64,000 nucleotides of DNA, taken from contig JACPGP010000030.1 of assembly GCA_016182425.1 (NCBI GenBank), forward strand, positions 11,738 through 75,737, read 5' to 3'. The notes beneath the pieces are model-generated. The model ran no database searches and was not told the origin of the DNA. It saw only the letters and a list, made by a program, of their open reading frames with translations. The DNA comes from Candidatus Levyibacteriota bacterium (GTDB lineage: Bacteria; Patescibacteriota; Microgenomatia; Levybacterales; UBA12049). Shown in pieces: positions 61,032 through 64,000 of the stretch (its first letter is position 1; every line of letters starts with the position of its first letter). Made by a program: the position numbers and the translations under genes.

Positions 61032-61887
61032 TCTCCATAAAAGCATTCTCAAAACTCTTGCCTATGCAGATATATTTGATTCGCCATTGACGCTTCATCA
61101 GCTTTGGCAATTTCTTATTAGCGAAAGAAGAGTAGATAAAAACGTAGTGGAACGTAGCATAGCAACTATTCTTACTATTGAAAAGATAAATGACTACTTT
61201 TGTTTTCGGGGAAGAGCGCACATCGTAGATAAAAAAATTGCGACTATTGCAGATAGTAGCGAAAAATATAGGAGGGCGGCCAAAGCATCATTATTTCTCT
61301 CACGGATTCCAACAGTTGTTCTTATTGGTGTGAGTGGTGGCTTGGCAGTTGGAAATGTTTCAAAGGATGATGATATTGATTTGTTTATTATTGCCCAAAA
61401 GGGCACTCTATGGATGACACGATTTTTTAGTAACCTTTTATTAGATGCACTTAGAATGCGCAGAAAAAGAGGAGCAAGGGATATTTCTGGTAAAATATGT
61501 CTTAATATGTTTATCGAGGAGAGGGGTATTGCAATTCCTAAGAACAAACAAAATTTATATACTGCACACGAAATTGCGCAGATGATATTACTTTTTGAGA
61601 GAAATAATACCTATCAACGATTTTTACAGGCAAATACGTGGGTAGAGAAGTTTTTACCAAATAGTATAGATATTAAGAAAAAATTACCAATCTTAATATC
61701 TGAATATCTTAGTATCTTTTTATCTTCATTCGAGTTTCTTGCAAAGAAAGTACAGCTTTGGTATATGAAGAAGCATAGGACAAGAGAGGAAATTAATGAT
61801 TATATACTTGCTTTTTACCCATTTGATTATGAGAAGAAGTTGTTAAAAAAATATGAAGAGAGACTTAAAAAGTATCATATAGCATGA
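61018..61887 (+). CDS. Pol-beta-type nucleotidyltransferase-like protein
   Basis: GVSGGLA...DDDIDLFII signature; KICLN, YTAHEI. Confidence 0.6.
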   Translation: MQNFSLHKSILKTLAYADIFDSPLTLHQLWQFLISERRVDKNVVERSIATILTIEKINDYFCFRGRAHIVDKKIATIADSSEKYRRAAKASLFLSRIPTVVLIGVSGGLAVGNVSKDDDIDLFIIAQKGTLWMTRFFSNLLLDALRMRRKRGARDISGKICLNMFIEERGIAIPKNKQNLYTAHEIAQMILLFERNNTYQRFLQANTWVEKFLPNSIDIKKKLPILISEYLSIFLSSFEFLAKKVQLWYMKKHRTREEINDYILAFYPFDYEKKLLKKYEERLKKYHIA

Positions 61888-62873
61888 GACGATTTCGACT
61901 TGCTGCATGCGGGGGAACATTTGATCATTTTCATAAAGGACATAGAGATTTTTTGCAATTTGCCCTAAAGAATGCAGATAAGCTTATTATTGGTATCACA
62001 AGCGACAAGTATCCTGATAATAAACGGGAGGAGATAGAAAGCTTTTCTTCTCGGAAGTTAAGCGTTTATTCTTTTTTAGAAAGAGAAAGCGCTATAAACA
62101 AGACAGAAATTATATCAATAGATGATGTGTATGGCCCAACGATTTCAAAAGCAGTTCCAATAGAGGCAATTATTGTTTCTGAACAGACGCAAAAAGGCGC
62201 AGAGCTTATTAACAATTACAGGCAAGAACTTGGGTTATTGTCTCTTAAGATGCTGGTGTCTCCCATGACAAAAGCGCAAGATAATGGTATTATTTCTTCC
62301 TTAAGAATTAGGCGTGGTGAGATTGACAGGGAAGGAGAGTTGTATATGCATCCTTCTTTGTTATTCCAAAAGCGAGTGCTCCCAGAAGACCTACGACAAA
62401 AACTTAAAAAGCCTTTGGGAGTTCTTTTAAGAGGCAAAAGCATCCTTCGTGGTCTTGATCCTCAAAAAACAATAACAGTAGGAGATGTTGTTACAAAAAC
62501 GTGTAATGAGTCATCATTTGGTCAAAAAATATCGGTGATTGATTTTTATGTTGGAAGAGAAAAAAAATTTTCCAATATTTTAGAGCTTGGTTTTTTGGGG
62601 AAAGAGGAAATAATGTCAGTTACTAATCCTGCTGGAAGTTTAACGCCAGAACTTTTCAAAGCGGCAAGAGATATTTTTCTTACAGAAAAAGACAAGCGAT
62701 GCGTTGTAAAAGTTGAGGGAGAAGAAGATTTAGCAGTTTTGCCATTTCTACTTGCTGCTCCTTTGAGTTTTACCATTCTGTACGGACAGCCAAATGTTGG
62801 AGTTGTAAGAGTGAATGTTTCTGAAGAAATGAAGAACGTTGCCCGTAATATTGTTTCTCAATTCATCTCATAG
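61884..62873 (+). CDS. Fusion of archaeal/eukaryotic-type phosphopantetheine adenylyltransferase and DUF359 GTP-dependent dephospho-CoA kinase
   Basis: GGTFDHFHKGH, DVYGP, VSE, ISSLRIR; then LKKPLG, VGDVVT, NPAG, GEEDLAVLP, YGQPNVG. Confidence 0.85.
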   Translation: MRRFRLAACGGTFDHFHKGHRDFLQFALKNADKLIIGITSDKYPDNKREEIESFSSRKLSVYSFLERESAINKTEIISIDDVYGPTISKAVPIEAIIVSEQTQKGAELINNYRQELGLLSLKMLVSPMTKAQDNGIISSLRIRRGEIDREGELYMHPSLLFQKRVLPEDLRQKLKKPLGVLLRGKSILRGLDPQKTITVGDVVTKTCNESSFGQKISVIDFYVGREKKFSNILELGFLGKEEIMSVTNPAGSLTPELFKAARDIFLTEKDKRCVVKVEGEEDLAVLPFLLAAPLSFTILYGQPNVGVVRVNVSEEMKNVARNIVSQFIS

Positions 62874-62891
62874 TATTTTTACTAGAGGTTC

Positions 62892-62971
62892 TTGACAAAA
62901 GCCAGTGGTATACTATACTATGCACTTGTTTTGTTTCCCTCCTTAAATTTATTTGCGAGGGATTTTTCTTT
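62892..62971 (+). promoter_or_regulatory. greA promoter and leader hairpin with U-tract
   Basis: TTGACA 62892-62897, TATACT 62914-62919; TCCCTC/GAGGGA stem then TTTTTCTTT. Confidence 0.5.
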
Positions 62972-62977
62972 GAAAGT

Positions 62978-63457
62978 ATGGGAAAAGATAAAAAAATTTA
63001 TCTCACGAAAGAAGGTCTTGTAGAGCTTAAAAAAGAACATGATGATCTCACCAAGGTTCGTCGTCCAGAAGTTCTCGAACGGGTTTCGCAGGCAAGAAGT
63101 CTGGGTGATCTTTCGGAAAACGCAGAATACGCAGCCGCCAGGGAAGAACTTTCTTTTATTGACGGTAGAATTGATGAATTAGAAGAACTGCTTCGTCAGG
63201 TAAATATTATCAGCGAAGGAGGAAAAAGGGGGAAATCTGCTAAGGTAATAAAGCTTGGATCTAGAGTTTCTCTTCACGTGAATGGGAAAAAAGAGGAGTT
63301 TTTGGTGGTAGGAGAATGGGAAGCAGATCCCGCAGCCCAAAAAATTTCCCATGAATCTCCTTTAGGTAAAGCTTTAATCGGGAAAAAGATTGGAGATAAG
63401 GTTGAAGTTGCTGCCCCAGTAGGTAAAATTCTTTATACGGTTTTTGATGTTAGATAG
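62978..63457 (+). CDS. greA: Transcription elongation factor GreA
   Basis: GDLSENAEY, ISHESPLGKAL, APVG. Confidence 0.98.
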   Translation: MGKDKKIYLTKEGLVELKKEHDDLTKVRRPEVLERVSQARSLGDLSENAEYAAAREELSFIDGRIDELEELLRQVNIISEGGKRGKSAKVIKLGSRVSLHVNGKKEEFLVVGEWEADPAAQKISHESPLGKALIGKKIGDKVEVAAPVGKILYTVFDVR

Positions 63458-63462
63458 ATTTT

Positions 63463-64000
63463 GTGAATAAGAAATCTTCTCTTGTTCTTAAATTTGGCGG
63501 CACGTCAGTTAGCACAAAGGAGCGAATTTTGACGATTCGCGACATTATCCGCAAAGAAAATAATCACCACATAGCAGTTGTTGTTTCCGCAGTAAGCGGA
63601 ATTACCGATCTTCTTTTATCCCTACCAAAAGAAACAAAAAAACAACAAGATGTAATTATTCAAAGAATAAAAAATGTGCACCTAGCACTTATTAATAATT
63701 TGTTAAATAACGAATCGGTAAAAAACAATGCATTACTGTATGTAGATAGAAAAATTATCGAGGTACAAAAACTCATGGGGAAAAAACGAAAAAATAAAGC
63801 TTTTCTTGACAAACTTGTTTCATATGGAGAAATACTTTCTTCTTACATTGTTGCTGAAACGTTACGTCTGCATGGCATACCAGCGTCTCAAATTGTTGCC
63901 ACCGAGCTAATTGTTACCGATGATAATTTTGGATCCGCCGAATTTTTGTTAGAACCAACACAAAAAAATATAAATCAAAAACTTAAACCACTTATAGAAA
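63463..64000 (+). CDS. Aspartate kinase (partial, runs off the window)
   Basis: GTG start; VLKFGGTSV, VVVSAVSGITDLL, SYGEILS, IVTDDNFGSA; no stop seen in frame. Confidence 0.9.
   Translation, partial: MNKKSSLVLKFGGTSVSTKERILTIRDIIRKENNHHIAVVVSAVSGITDLLLSLPKETKKQQDVIIQRIKNVHLALINNLLNNESVKNNALLYVDRKIIEVQKLMGKKRKNKAFLDKLVSYGEILSSYIVAETLRLHGIPASQIVATELIVTDDNFGSAEFLLEPTQKNINQKLKPLIE

Noticed and set aside
1-64000. CRISPR arrays, rRNA genes, IS transposases, introns/inteins, alternative genetic code
   Set aside because: None seen; RpoB, RpoC, RecA, EF-G and EF-Tu are uninterrupted and TGA serves as a stop in overlap junctions

Overview
A bacterial chromosome segment in genetic code 11. It is most consistent with a Patescibacteria/CPR genome of Microgenomates type: there is no rpmD/L30 between rpsE and rplO, AlaRS lacks C-Ala, and it carries a sortase, a baseplate-J-like membrane protein, an archaeal-type AMP phosphorylase and a PPAT-DUF359 fusion. 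The core is the rpoBC-str-S10-spc-alpha-rplM/rpsI supercluster (10290-41907), broken by small insertions. It is followed by tRNA-Pro(GGG), recA-recX-rny-HU, an ABC-2 exporter, RNase P RNA, a UvrD/PD-(D/E)XK helicase-nuclease, rmuC, tsaD, greA and a partial aspartokinase. The best candidates for undescribed biology are: (1) a translationally coupled cassette of two paralogous micro-proteins plus a clan CD (caspase/gingipain-like) His-Cys protease, converging on a JAB/JAMM-motif protein (8291-10073); (2) two divergent copies of a small-protein + retropepsin module with the same 10-nt overlap junction; (3) a peptidase-S51-like protein fused to a CysRS-type anticodon-binding domain, coupled to rpsI and overlapping tRNA-Pro; (4) a terminator/antiterminator leader before rplC; (5) widespread extended -10 promoters placed for leaderless transcripts. 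All calls come from reading motifs by eye; no database searches were run.
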